Source: Paraspadella gotoi
Lineage: Eukaryota > Animalia > Chaetognatha
Assembly: GCA_051294375.1 (NCBI GenBank)
Contig: CM119267.1
Span: forward strand, 16,966,606-17,030,605
Direction: 5' to 3'
Length of the DNA: 64,000 nt
Part shown: positions 12,903-31,772 of the stretch, piece by piece
How positions within the stretch are numbered: the stretch's first letter is position 1
How the letters are laid out: each line of letters starts with the position of its first letter
Notes under the pieces: generated by a model
What the model saw: the letters and a program-made list of their open reading frames with translations, nothing else
Databases searched by the model: none
Told to the model about the DNA's origin: nothing
Position numbers and translations under genes: made by a program

Positions 12903-14150
12903 TCATCCCGATTCAACGAGCTTGGACGAGGCGCCCGCCTGTACCGACTTCTCAACGAACGACGGGTCGTACCCAAACTCGGCCAAGTCTTTCTCCAGCT
13001 TCGCGATCGTTTCTCGCTTTAACTCTTCAAAGTTCCTGCGTTCGCGTTCGAGAAAAAGTTTGTACTCGAAGATCTTGTCTTCTTTCAAACGCTCGGCCTC
13101 TTCGTGAGCCGTTTCGATAATTTTCTCCTTCTCTGTCAACTCCGTCTCCACGTCGGGTTTGAGCGAAAAATCGATGTTTAAAATTTCGCAGAGCCAGAGA
13201 AACCTGTGGCGTTCAATGATTTATTGTTATTATTAATAGTCTACAATTATTTTTTGATGGAACGTTTCCTTTCCCCGGCTTTATACAATATACAACGAAC
13301 CTGTCGTAATCGCTTTGCCTCAATTTCATTAGGTCGTCGTATCGACGACGGACGGCTGTCTGTATGATTGAGTGCAAGGGTTTTCGGTAACGCTTTCGTG
13401 TTTTGATAATGGAGAAAAGGCGTTTCAGATTAAACGTTTGTTTCGCAATTATCACCTCAAGCGACTCTTCGTCAGCTGCGCAAAAAAAAAAAAGGCGTGA
13501 GAATAGTTAGATTTAAGAAAACGTTCATTATAAACAGTTAACGACTTCACCAACCAGGATGGCGCCTAACTTTATCGAGAATCGTGCGTTGGTGGTAAGC
13601 TATGAGGTCGTCGTTATCACCAGTCGCGGCCGACAAAATCTGACGCACTTTAGGATCAAAAGAGGACAGATCGAGATCTGAATATAAAAAGAGGGAAAAG
13701 TTACGGTTTCAGATAAACATTTTTAAAAAGTTACATATTTATTTTGATACACATTTTTATTCTCAATCCACTCTCATTACCTACGAACTTGGACTGAGGC
13801 GCAGTTGGTAAAGGAAGGTCATACCCCAAATTCCTATCGCCGGACTTGTAGTCAAAGAGGGGTTTCGGAACGGGGGCTTTTCCCTTCATTCCCGTATAAA
13901 TGGTCGTCTGGATGAGGCCCCCGCGCTTCCACTTGGAGCATCCTCCCGTGCCCCGTTTTTCGGTAGGAACAGAAAGGCTGAACGAGCGGGCGAAGAAAGG
14001 CGCGATGAGGGATCCACCGGGGCTTGACGAAATGGACACCGTGGGGTCAGTCGTTAAAGCCACAAGAAGACCATCCGAGATGGGAGAGCAAGGGCGGCGA
14101 AAAGGCCCATGAGCGAAAGCGAGATTGGACAAACGTAACCTCATGCTCAT
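12903..14150 (-). CDS. MRPS15: Mitochondrial ribosomal protein S15
   Basis: Arg/Ser/Leu-rich targeting peptide; VRRHPADEESLEVIIAKQT...RRRYDDLMKLRQSDYDRFLWLCEILNI resembles the S15 domain. Confidence 0.75.
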
Positions 14151-14253
14151 AGTCCACAAAAATAATGAAAAAGTATACGAAACTATGAAACAAAGATGGT
14201 AAAAAAAGTGGAAAACTTAATTGTAAAGTAAACAGGCGAGTGGGAATGGGGAA

Positions 14254-14735
14254 TTACGTTGAGGTGGGTGGTGAAAAAGAAGTCTCCATGATATTAGAGT
14301 ATCGCTTCATGAGTTTCGTGTTCATTTTGAGTTGTTGCCGAAGAACCTCCATATGTTCCTGCTGTTCGTCCAAAGTTTTGTTTCCTGAAATTAGAATTGC
14401 ACATTTTGTATACGGACTACAAAACGGCAATAGATCATCTCACCTATAGTTGACGAGGGCAAATACTTCTCAACGTTTTCTCTGACTTTGTTCAATTGGG
14501 AGTGAAATGAATTGAGCTTGTTGGTGACGTCGGAGGAGGAGGCTTTCCCAGCGTCTTTTTCCTCGATGGCCTTCACCACCTCAAATACGGCTGGAAGGAG
14601 GTCGAGGCTGAACTCGGGCGGGCGAGCCCGCTCGCCTCCCGAGTCGCGAGACGTCCCAGTTTGATTGGACGACGCCGGTGGATCCTGAGTTGGCTGCGCT
14701 TCCATCTTGATGTTTCCGCCCACGAGAGAGCTCAT
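14254..14735 (-). CDS. MED9: Mediator subunit 9; 2 exons
   Basis: LLPAVFEVVKAIE..DVTNKLNSFHSQLNKVRENV..LP..|GNKTLDEQQEHMEVLRQQLKMNTKLMKRY. Confidence 0.8.
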
Positions 14736-16523
14736 AATATTTACGAGACGAGTTTTCTAGATATTAATTTCGGTTCATCTAAACAAAACCGGGGTAAATG
14801 ACTCGAGACGAAATGCGTAAATAAAAAATGTTAATAGAAAAACAAAAAATAGTTGGACGAGGTGATTGAACGAAAATAATATTTTTATTTTCAGGTAGTT
14901 GGACACCCGGGACGCTCTCGAATTTGACTAGAAAAACCGTCTGGGAAGCGAATTCTGAGTTTCAAATTTGCTACTAAAACGTCATGGTGAATAAAAAGCA
15001 GGGATTACATTTTGTCAGGATCTCAATAAAAACATCACTTTTCTCATCCGGCTAAAAACGTATATTTTTAACTACCCTAATTAATAAAAAAGTGTAATCA
15101 TTAAGAAAATTTATAAAACATCTAATTGAGTTTACTTCAATACATTTGAATGGGGTCTTCAATTAAAGCTTCCTTAATCCTCAACTGCATTAGAATCTAC
15201 ATTGAGATTTAGACTGATAACTTTAAATGTACATCAAATTTAAATTGATCAAAATATGGACATTTGGTTTTTCTGACCAGTCGGGAGAAAAGCACGTTAA
15301 CCAATAACCATCCCTGTATAAAAGCATTTAGTTACTCCTCAAATAATTTTTTTGTTAAATTCGGATATCGGGTAATCTAAAATACGACTAGATAATTCAT
15401 TAAATACTGTTTTGAGTACAATGAAAAACCGAGTAAAAATAAAATGGTGCTAAGAAAGCTTATAACCGAGCATTCATAATAATAGCGCGGAATAAAGGGT
15501 TAAACAAAATATCAAACAAGGAGTATAAATGTCATGGGTCATAAAAATATAAAGGAATATAAAAATCAATATATGTCATGATGTAAGTATATTAAGTATG
15601 ATAGTAAAAAAATTAAGCCTTTGGACAGGCTAAATCCACAAGCCAATAAACAACAGTTGCCTTTTCTAATTGTCATTGCAAAAGCATTAAACAAACAAGC
15701 CTAACATGCATTCTTGCTAAAATTTTCAAATATTTAAAAATAACAAATAACTTTGATAAAACAAAAACGCCCACGTAGAAGTTACTACCCAAATGTCTTC
15801 GAATATTGCATGTAATAGCCAAAGAGAATGTTTCAACTTTTCAAACCTTAATATTTCAAGTGTAAATCATAAACTATCAAAGAAAGCATCGGATTTTAGC
15901 ACAAATCCTATTCTTATATAGCACTTGCGTGGTCCAAACGCTATCAAGTGAAACGAAAGTATGATGGTGAGATTACAACGTTGGCCACGATTAATCTGGG
16001 CACATACATATTTGAGCAAACGATTGTACTTGCATTTTGTGCAAATTTTACCAATTAATATTTTAATTATTATTTTAAGTAACATTTTACGTTCTTCTAC
16101 AGATAAGCATCTGTAAAATTATGACTTGGGTATTTTGCTACTTCATTAAATATAACGGTAACAAAAGACTCAAACACTGCTATTATCACAGAATATTTAA
16201 GGGACAACCCTAATATATTTTTATATGAAACTCAATTCTCCTTGAGTATTGTACTAAAATTCAAAAGCGCCATGCTCTCAGCTTACCGTATTTACGACAA
16301 TTAAATCTTTCCAGCTAAGTCTAAAAAAAAAGACTAACATTTTTTGTAGGAAATACAAAATATATATTTTTTAACTTACCCTTAACACAAGTTATTAATT
16401 TCTCTTTTCTAACGATCATTTGGAATATTTGGAAACAAAAAAATTACTGGCGCGTGATCGTTGATCATTACTTTTCCTTAAAACAGAATTGCGGCAATGG
16501 CCAAATCTTTCCCAAGCTTACAT

Positions 16524-18336
16524 TTACTCAAACTCTTCCACCGTATTAAATAAAATGCAACAAACCCCGATTGCCATAAAGATACAAAGAACTTGAAGGC
16601 TGAATAAAGTCAAGACGGATCCAATGGCGTAAACGAGGCCCCTTGTGTCTTGACTCAGGATGACTTGGATGCAACCTGGAGCGTTCTGCCCTAAGGATCG
16701 TCTTCTAACGCAAGAGTTCCAGCCTTCGGCGGTATTGCTGTGCGTTAGAAGATTCGTATTTTCCTTTGTCCAATCATAAGGACCGTTGGCACCGCAGCAC
16801 CGGTAGTTTCGTTGAAGGAGGTCCACCTTATGACAGAATATCTTTCTATGTTTAGCTATATTGTTCCCCAAAAACCTTTACATTAACGATCAAAATTTAT
16901 TCTAAAGATTTAATTCGAGTTATTTTCAAAGTTCGAAACCAGCCTAATCTTCCCATTGAATATTTAAATTCCATTAATAAAGACGGAATACAGATTATAT
17001 CTATAATATATACAGTCTATATAGTGTTCCATTGATTTCATTACGCTTTCCTCTAAATGGAATAATTTGAAATAAAACTGCTTTCATAAAAACGGGCAAT
17101 TTTTTTGAAATAAGAAATTCCTCCACTTAGTCTCAGAGGCAAGATTTGAATTAACGCCTTTGAAGAAACTAAAGTTTTTGCAATTTAATTGACTGGCTTC
17201 GATCTTTACATATACTATTCTGTATACTATACAATATACATGTACTATACATATCTTCCAATAATAAGATTAACCCAGCATTTTTAAATTAATGACGAAC
17301 CTGACGTTTGTGATCATCGTATTCTATCACCATGTACTCGTAAATGATTTTTGACAGAACGTCTTTCCCTAAAATGTTTTTATTGAATTTCAAAAATATA
17401 CATCAGATAGAGGCGTTCTATTATCAAACGATACACTCACCTTGCAAATACATCCATACGGCGCCCGCAATTTCCAAGAGAACAATAAGTACGAGCAAAA
17501 AAACGTAAGTACCTTAAAATAATTAGGGATTCTATAATTATTTTTTTTAAAAAACTATTATTTAGTAAGTTTTCAATCAAAATATTCAATATCTAATAAC
17601 GTACTTCTTAAATTAGGCTGAACTGTACAATCAGCCTCAGAAGCAAATATAAAATTATAATTCTGCACGGTACACAAGTCATTTTAAAAAAATATTTTAA
17701 ATGTTATGGTATTTAATTTTCATCATTTCTTCCGCAATATTGCTACTAGTAGTAGCCTAATAAACTTCCAGTCTAAACGAACCTAAGAGGCATTGCGAAT
17801 GTCTGTAAGCCCCAGCGCATCCAAGAAAGCTAATGAGAAGGGTGATACCTCCAATGGCGATCATAACATAAGCGGCTAATGTAAGTTCACTTTGAAAATC
17901 CTAAACATAAGTAAATTTTTGTAATTATGTATACTTTTTCTCGTTAAGACACGGCTGGTGTTAAAAGAAAACCCCATTAAATCGGGATTCCCCAATTTTA
18001 ACAAAACGTAGGTTTAGTAATTTTTATAACCTTGGATGCCCATTGAATGGCTGGTCCGTCAGAATCCTTAGGTAATAGAAGATGATTAAGAACAAAATCG
18101 TGCACTTGTGACGTCGGATCCGCGATAGTAAATATTCCTGGAAAATGAAGCAAAAATTAATGTACATTTAGTATAGGGTATAAAATGCTTAAAAAATTGT
18201 TTATAAAAATTTTAATTTATTATAATTAAACTGGGCTCTTACCTACAGATATGATAATCATCCCCATCATCCAAAAAAGGACGTTGAGAAATAAAACAAA
18301 GAAGCGCATGCAATCAAAGCAGCACACTTCGCCCAT
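16524..18336 (-). CDS. Tetraspanin
   Basis: Four TM segments, FLNVLFW, ISFLGCAGA..SQCLL, LLEIAGAV, LQRNYRCCG..GPYDW (CCG motif), GCI. Confidence 0.9.
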
Positions 18337-19673
18337 TTTAAGCGCTATTGTGGTAATAATTTTCTTCTTAATAGTTTTTTAATGGCCGAGCCGCCATTAA
18401 TTGTATTACTTTCCGTATTTCTTGGATGGGCGCACGAAGGTAGTTAAACCAACATTATACGTATAAATAGAGTTCATAAATTGTCTTGTTATACACATAA
18501 CAAGATTTATAGCGAAGTAAAACTTTTTTTGGGGAGGCGTTTTTTTTTTTTGTTTTTTTTTTTATGGCTTTTGTTGGTTTCCAGTCTTTATTTATAAAGA
18601 AGGGCGTCTCTGTGACGGCCTTGCTTATGCCTACAAAGAAACAAACGGACTAAACAGAAGGCGGTGATGTGTCAAAGTCCATTGAGGGTTGGGAAAAAAG
18701 CACTGTTATCCAAAGAAACCAGCTGATTCTAATTGATTTTATTTACTGACTGTAGAAAAATTTTACACGTCGCTCAAATGACGAAACGTAACATAACTAT
18801 ACAGTATACTCCAATGTCAGTGTTCTGTTCTGTTCTCTCATTTTTAAGTAATATCATCTCCTTTCAACAATTCTTTCAAGTTCCATAAACTATACAGTTC
18901 TAAACCGATGAATATAAAATTTAAAATTTTATATGGAAAAATTATTTAAAATACTTAAAATTAAGAATTATCTTTTTTCATTTAATGTGTCTAGCACTAA
19001 AATTTACTATTTCGCCTTAAAAAAGCGAAAACTATGAATAAACCAACCTCGAGCCGAATTGACAACCGGGATATGGGAAAATAATGTGGAAATTATACTT
19101 TACCCTCTAAGTTGTTAATTTAGAGGAAGAGGAAAATAAATGGAGTTAATACTAAGAAGGTACAGATAAATCTGGTTTCATCTAACAAATTGTGTGAAAA
19201 CGCATAAACAACAACATTGTCAGATTCATCCGAGAGCAAAAATGTAGGGAAAAAAAAGCACTAAAAATCATGGCACGACTGTACACGTGAAAAGTAACAA
19301 AAATATAGACTGGTTAAAGGGGGAAGAAATCATCCACGAACAACGGCAGACTGCGTCGGTCTTTTGTTACTTAGTGGAGGCGTAGAAAAACGTGATAGCT
19401 GAGTAAATGAAAAAAAAAATAGTACTAGAATGCGTATTGCGTTATCTAAACTGGAAAAAATTCATTGAAGTGTCTTGAGGGAGAAGGGGGGAAGGAAGGA
19501 ACGGGAGGAATTTGGAGAGAGATTCCGTTCTAAATATATACTAATGCGTGGAGGTGTAGGGTGGAAATGACTGCGTCTCAGTTTTTCCTCCGACGACTGG
19601 CGTTGATTCAGGATTACGAAACGGCGACGAAGGTGGAGGGGTCGGGTTTATCACCGCATAGAGGCGGCCACTT

Positions 19674-21804
19674 TTAGAATTTCCCCGAGTGCTGTCGAAC
19701 GGCCATTTGCATCAAGTATTGCGCGTTTTGAATTTGTTCCTCCGTTCCGTTAATGGTGATTACACGATCATCGGTCGCTGAAATATTATATTACATATAT
19801 TTTTTTATAACGCTTCATTCTCATTACGTATTTCATTTAAAAATCTTTCACTCATGAAATGATGAACGTAAAATCAATCACCTAACCATCGTTTATTAAA
19901 GTCAGACCTGGTTCGGCTTTCCCGATGATGATCTGCGCTCCAGATTGTGCTCGAATCGCCCGGATGCGAGTCCCCTGAGGCCCGATGATTGATCCTGAAG
20001 TGCGGGACGAGGAGATTAAATACAGTTTAAATCAAAAATTTAAAAAACAATGCCTACCCGCTAAATCTTTCGGAATTGAGACTTGCTGAGTAGTTTGTTC
20101 GCCCTGGCTGTTTGCGGTGTTAGGTTGGCCTTGAAAAAATTATTGGTGAAACTTCATAGTATAACAAAAGTAATCTTAAAAATAACAATACCAGCAAAGG
20201 TCGGGTCAGTCAACCCTTGTCCTCCAGTGGAGTTCCGGTATCGAGAATTTTCGTAGCCTCCACGACCAGACATGCTGAAAAGATTAAAAACGTACCCATC
20301 CGTATTCTATACGTAAGTATTCAATACTTAAGTGAACCGATCGCCGCGATTGACTTACTTTCCACCTCTGGCTGGCGGCATTCCACGATTCGGCAACATT
20401 CCTCCTCCAGTTCTTCCCCCTCTCATACCACCTCTCATTCCGCCGCCTCCACCGCCACTTCCGCTCATGCCCCATGACATGTTCATTCCTCCATCGCCTT
20501 AAAATTTGAAAATCGAAGATTGAAAAGAAAAGAAAGTTTATTGGATGACTTAAATAATTTTTTAGTTCACCCATTCCTCCCCGGGGACCGTAATTTCCGC
20601 CACCACCGAAACCACCGTATTCGGAGGAGTTAAAGTCATCAAAGTTGAAGGGATCGTAGGGTTGAGAGGATCCTTTGACCCCGGCTTCGTTGGCGATCTC
20701 CCAAACCTGGTAATAATTTTTTTTTTAGGAGGCATAAGAACAATCCTTGAAATATAAATGGATAAACCCTAAGCATTAGTTATACCTGTTGTACAGTATC
20801 GACAACTTGGTCGACTTTCCCCGTGATTTGAACAACTCGATCGGTAGACATAGGGCAGCATTGAGCAAAAACCTTAATATTGGCCTTAGTTGTATCACGA
20901 ATCTCTTGTATTCTTTTGCCTAAACAAGGAATTCGCAAAAAACAATTATTTTTCTCTCAGCCCAGAAGAGGGATTTGCTCGGATAAAAACCGGGACCGAC
21001 CCGCTTTGCCGATGACGCCGCCGGCTTGACTCTGGTGAATGAGCAGCCTGACCTCGACGTCGGTTGGGCCGGTGCGCTGTTGCTCGGGGATCTCCACAGT
21101 GCGAGGGAGGGAGTCGCGGAGTATCTCCAACGCCGTCCCCAGGTCGGACGAGATCGAGAAAATGCGCTCGGGGCCATTGCAATCGGGAATCGTCACGTTA
21201 GCTGAGGAAAAGAAGACGCATATAAAAATGTTCGAAATGAATTCGGGAGGTTTCCGCGATATCTATGTATCATTAATTTAACCTTTGTAGGTTTCTCTGA
21301 GTCTTTTAATGTTGGTCCCGCTTTTCCCAATAATAGCGCCGGACGAATTACTTTTCAACAAAATCCTTAATTCGGCTCTGGGACCTTCTCCCTGTCGACA
21401 TCTCTGTTGGTGTGGATCATGTTTATAAAAAATTTTAAAAAATCAAATATCAATGAAATTGGTTACCCAATGGCTAATACCCATTCATTCAACAAATAAG
21501 CAATCTTGTCCCTAACAGTATTGTGTGCTCAGGCGTCTATCCATTTTACAAGAAATTTACACAGCAGGACACAGCAAGCTTTCAAATCCAAAAATCTGAC
21601 TGTTATCAAACTGGCACAATCAGTATAAAAAATATCTATATCATACAAATGAGTACCCTGTCTTAACCTCTCATTGGTTACCTTAAAGGGCGGCAAGTCT
21701 TCCGCGTTGTGATATCCGTCGTTGTCGGCCATTTTCCGTTTACTTCCACTTCTATAATCGTCTGATTTGTCTTCCATCAAAGTAGAACCATTCCCTTTGT
21801 TCAT
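19674..21804 (-). CDS. HNRNPK: Heterogeneous nuclear ribonucleoprotein K (3 KH domains, RGG region)
   Basis: [90 protein letters not shown]. Confidence 0.95.
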
Positions 21805-22797
21805 AATAAGAACGAAGTTCCCTCTTTTGTCAGCTCATCTTTGCGGGTTCGATCATTCAAAAAGGATGCTTCAAAATTTATATTTTTTTCAGTCACGCCT
21901 TTCAGTTTTTTGAGCAAATTGATTAAAGTTTTGTACTTTGACAAGTAGCTGCCATTAAATCTTTAACGTTGTCGAAATGATTAATTAATAATTTAAAAAT
22001 AACTTTCGCCCTCTATACAAACACTTTTTTCAGTGAGGGACAAATCGTAGAAAATACCACGTAAGACAAATTAAAAAAATTAAATATTTTTTTCTTCATA
22101 AAACCCTCTAATTCATAGAGCCTACATAATTTTTCAAAAGTAATAGATAAATTGAGAAATTATTTATCAAAGCTGAGATAAATCAGTAGCACAACAATAA
22201 AGTTTTAATTTACTTGAAAATAAAGTTCCGCTATAAATTCCACAGCAGTAATTTTACCCAGTAAAGATGGACGAATTGGGTTACAAACCGAAAGAAATAA
22301 ACTTGTTTTATTAAAATTAAAAAGCGGAACTTTTAAGTATATGAGACTGAACAGTTTCACACTAGCTAGGAAACTGCTAAAATATCTGAATTACATTAAT
22401 CATGAATAATGACCGAATACGCAAGAGTAGGAATTAGGATAACTTAATTGAAATCGGTTATATATTTATTAATAATCGTTTAAAAAATTGTAGAAGAGGC
22501 ATTAAGAATATGACTAGTTTTTATGAATGAATACTAGTTTACATCTTTACAAGCTACCAACAAATGATTAATCATATTTTCATTTCTTAGATTGTATAAT
22601 TGATATCCCCGCGACGGGATAAGCAAGCGATATTTCCATATAATGGTCTTGTGCCGAGTCTATGGAGCTTCGTATAAAAAAACTGACAATGCCCTAGACC
22701 TTTATGGCGTCGAGACGTGGAACTCAAAGCTCTTTCGGCCAATGGCTATGATGCAAAAGATCAAAAACTGACATTGATATTGCCCTTTCGAACTCCG

Positions 22798-25700
22798 TCA
22801 AACGCGATCTTTTGAAGATTCACCTAATTGTTTAAACTAACCAATAACTAATTGTTCTTATCGAAATAAATAAGTAATAACAGATTTAGAGTTTAAAAAT
22901 AAAACAAAAATGGACAGACATCTTGCATTCCTAGATAACCATAAAGAAGAAAGATGAGATCATGATATAAAAAATATGTCTACTAAACACATTAGTAAAG
23001 TCAAAAAAAGAGAGGGTATTCTTTTAAAGTCAAGCACCAAACGATTTCTTGTATAATTAACCGAAGAGCTTGCTTATTCCGCCAAGCAGAGGAATACTGC
23101 TCGTCTTTCCACCAACCGTGGCAACTGGTTGTGGCATGGAGGCGTACTTTTGCGTTGACTGCTCCACATATTCCCCGTAAGCTTTTTCACGTTCCTTTGA
23201 TCAAAGAAAAAGGGTATTAGAAAAAATCCCGAGAATATATCGAGGAAAATGCCCAGAATATTTTTCTTACTTGCATGAGATCGATGGTCTCTTTAATGTC
23301 ACTTTCCAATCTCTTGCAGGCTTCTTCATACTTCTTCTTGATGTCACAAAACTCCGTCTGGAAAGACTCAAGCTGCAGCTTCTTGTCCGCCAGTTTTGAC
23401 TCCGCACGTTGGATAGTTTGAACGCAATCTGTTAATAATGACAATAATTGATTTTTTAAAACGATAAAAGGATAATATATTATTTCGTATAGATTGTGGT
23501 CTGCTCTTAATTATTTGATTAGCAAATGATGCACAAATCTACAGATTTAGAATTTAAAAACTTTCTACATTAAAAAAATCGTCGAGACATAGCATATGAT
23601 ATGGGCATTTAATAATTTGAATGTAACCCTTCTTTACCTGAGAAAGGAGGTACGGCTACGACTGGCCTGAGGGAATATTTAACAGACTGGAACCAGTTAT
23701 CGCCGTAAATGCAGAAGAGATGTGTGCCAGGAAGGATAGTTTTCACGTCCTTGTCGTAGGTGTCGAGTATCATAAAGACTAAGCATATATGTCACTAATG
23801 ATTTATTTTAAGAAAATCCGTTATTTCCTAAATTTATTGCACTTACCCGGTGGCACGTCGTCGTCTAATCTCTTCATCATATGTAGAGGCATCGGAGATT
23901 CGGATAAGTTGTATCTTCCATAGGGAACTAAATACCTAAGCATCGTTTGAGCGAACTCGTAATTATTTCTTTCTCAATGATAATCTTAATGTGAAAAAAA
24001 TCTGACTGACATGATCGCCTCAGAATGTCTCCTCCTCCTTTGGCTCTCTTCGACCAACGTGACGTGACCTATAAGAGTAAATTTTGTTAATTACCTAATC
24101 ATCATGAAAAAAAATATTATTTCAATGTCTCTTGCCCTGATTGTCGAAAAAGACTACTTTAAACTTGTCCTGATTGTCGACAGATCTGCAGTTGATGATG
24201 ACGCCAGTATTCTGCAGTTCGTCCGGTGTGATGGTGATGCGAAAGAAGTGTGCCGTCTGCCTTTCCACAACTCCGGTTACCGTTTGGCCCCAAACCAAGT
24301 CTTGAAAAAAGTTGCTTTTGATCAAACCAATTATTTGGTTCAGTCTTAGCATGCCATATAGAAAATAATAAAACGTAATTAGAGTTATTTATTCACGGCG
24401 CTTTAAATATGGTCCAAACATGAAGAGAAGTTTTATTATTTTCTATCGGCAGACAAAGACCGAATCTATTCTCAGATTATTTAATACGTTGTTGCGAATC
24501 CTAAATTCGCCTCCCGTATAGTTGGTGAAACTCAGCTCGTCCCATTAGCTTGGACAGCTAAGTACTTGTTCACCAACCAAGAGTTCCGGGTTCAATCCCT
24601 TAATTTGTGATGGTGTCGGCATAAACACGCCAGTGACATGGGGTGGTCACTGCAGGCCAAAATCCCTGAGCGCCAGCTGTCGGGAGATGCCTCACACCCC
24701 GGGGCCGGGCATCATACATGTCCCCCCGTTGCCATAATGTACTTATTTTGCAAGAATCATGACTTTGAAACACTACACATTAAATACAGCTTACCCGTGA
24801 CAGGCGGAATATCAAAACCAGGGACGAAGGTTTGTCCCGATCCAATATACTGAGCTGCCGTAAGTACCTAAAAAAAGAGTTGCTTGACTTTGTCCCCTGA
24901 TCTCTTTTTTATTTTCCTTTTTAGTTCACGTTTATTGCTGACATAAGATCTTTTTGCAACCATTCCAACAATTATTTTTTGCTCTGTTTTCTTCCAGGAA
25001 AAAAAAATCTTAAAAGCATAAGGATCATCGGAATCGCATAATCGACAAATTTTGATACTAAAAAAAATAAAATTTGAGAAAAGAAAACTAATTTATAAAC
25101 AGAAAGAAAAATTCTATTTTGCAATTGTCAATTAAAAAATAATAATAAGGTACCGAAGAAAAATAAAATTTACAGTTTCTGAAAAAAAAAAATTTTGTCA
25201 TTTTCAATTGTCATTGTTAAATAAACTGATCAGCAGACGCAGCCCCTTAGAAAAAAAAAGAAATAAAAACCCGATGTTGCGATAGCAAAATGATCTATAA
25301 TTTAGAACGCCGACGACAACGACGCCACTTATGTGCAAAACCTCAGCAAAAAAAGTAATTAAGAGGGATATAAATGTTTGATAAAAAGTCCTTACCAACT
25401 TAAAATTTAACCTTTTTAGAACAAAATAAGCAGATGGTGCAGATTAGCTTTAATTAGTACTCCTTATTTAAATACAAAGTGATTACCTCATTGCCTTCTA
25501 AACTCACCTTTTGTGTAATCTCTGTAGGAACAGGTATTCCGGCCTTGCTTATAAGCGCGCCAAAAAGGCGCCCAACGGTGCCCATTTCCTCGACATTAAT
25601 GGAACTTAACTCTGAAATCGATCCTGTGTAAAAATATTTAAAATTAAACGGCGAGTTCTTTTTAGCTTTCATCTCAAGACGAAGTAATATCATTCCCCGT

Positions 25701-26033
25701 CCAACCTTCTTCTCCATGAAGATCGTATTGGCGCTTTTTATTGGGATCCGAAAGAACCGCGTAGGCCGTCGAGATCTCTTTGAACTTGGATGCCGCCTCC
25801 TCATTTCCGGGGTTCTGTTGGCAATGGGAATTTGTTTCATACGGACTGGAAACTGAGCTGCTTGTGTCTTTTTCAGCGTTGATATGTACCTTATCAGGAT
25901 GATACTTCATGGCTAATTTCCGGTAAGCCTGCTTGATCTGTCCTTGCGTTGCCGTTTTCTCGACACCCAAAAGGGCGTAAAAATCTCTGCCCTTTTTCCC
26001 TACTCCTGTCCCCGGAGATCCAGGCGTCGCCAT
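22798..26033 (-). CDS. DnaJ co-chaperone of the plant ARG1/ARL and nematode dnj-16 type (stop at 23057 if the last intron is not spliced)
   Basis: J domain with HPD; [59 protein letters not shown]-terminal coiled coil. Confidence 0.85.
24535..24745 (+). mobile_element. Putative tRNA-derived SINE in a DnaJ intron
   Basis: A-box-like TAGCTTGGACAG (24546), anticodon-like stem CTTG..CAAG, B-box GGTTCAATCCC (24589-24599), followed by a GC-rich body inside an AT-rich intron. Confidence 0.5.
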
Positions 26034-26551
26034 GTTAATGGTTATGAATTTTCGAGAGGAATGGTTAGCTAAAAATTTCCGACATTTGGCGCTTTCACCA
26101 TCGAGTTTTTCTTTTAGTTTTTCATTTTTTTTTCATATGGAATCTGTCAAACAATGGAGATGGACTAGAGAGAATGTGGTTTTTTAAGTGCGACCACCGC
26201 AATTTGATAGAGAAAAAAACAGCTTTATTCATGGGAATTGGGAAAGCTATGAGAATTATTAATAGGAAAGCCACACTCCAGTTCTTTTAAAATGGTAGAT
26301 ACTACCAAATTGAAAATCAATCTTAATTACTTCTCATAATTTGACTGAATATTATATATAATTTATATAACTTAGGATACGATAAAATGAGAATAAAAAA
26401 CTAAACAAAACCATCAATGCGGCGACGAGATACGCATGGATTTACTTGATCACCAAATAGATCAAACGCCTACTTGGTATGTAGAAAAGAATCGTGTAAA
26501 ACGAAAAAGCCGCGAATGCGTTTTATCCAAAGAGAAAGAAAATTAGCAGCA

Positions 26552-31506
<4,955 letters not shown>

Positions 31507-31772
31507 ATTGTCGTCTACAGACAAGTTTTGGCGCTAAGATTGCCAGGTATATTTTTCGTCCATGTCATTATGGGCGCAAACAATTTAAAGTCATATTTAC
31601 CTTTAAAAATAGTAAAAAATAACAACATCACCAAATACTTTTAAAAATAACAGCATTGTAAACTGAAGTAAAATTTGAGGACTGTCACTCCTCAAGCTAG
31701 TTGAGATGGGAACGAAATGAAAACTAAAAAAAAAAGGAAAAAATAGTTGGAATGAATAGCAGCATTGAATTG

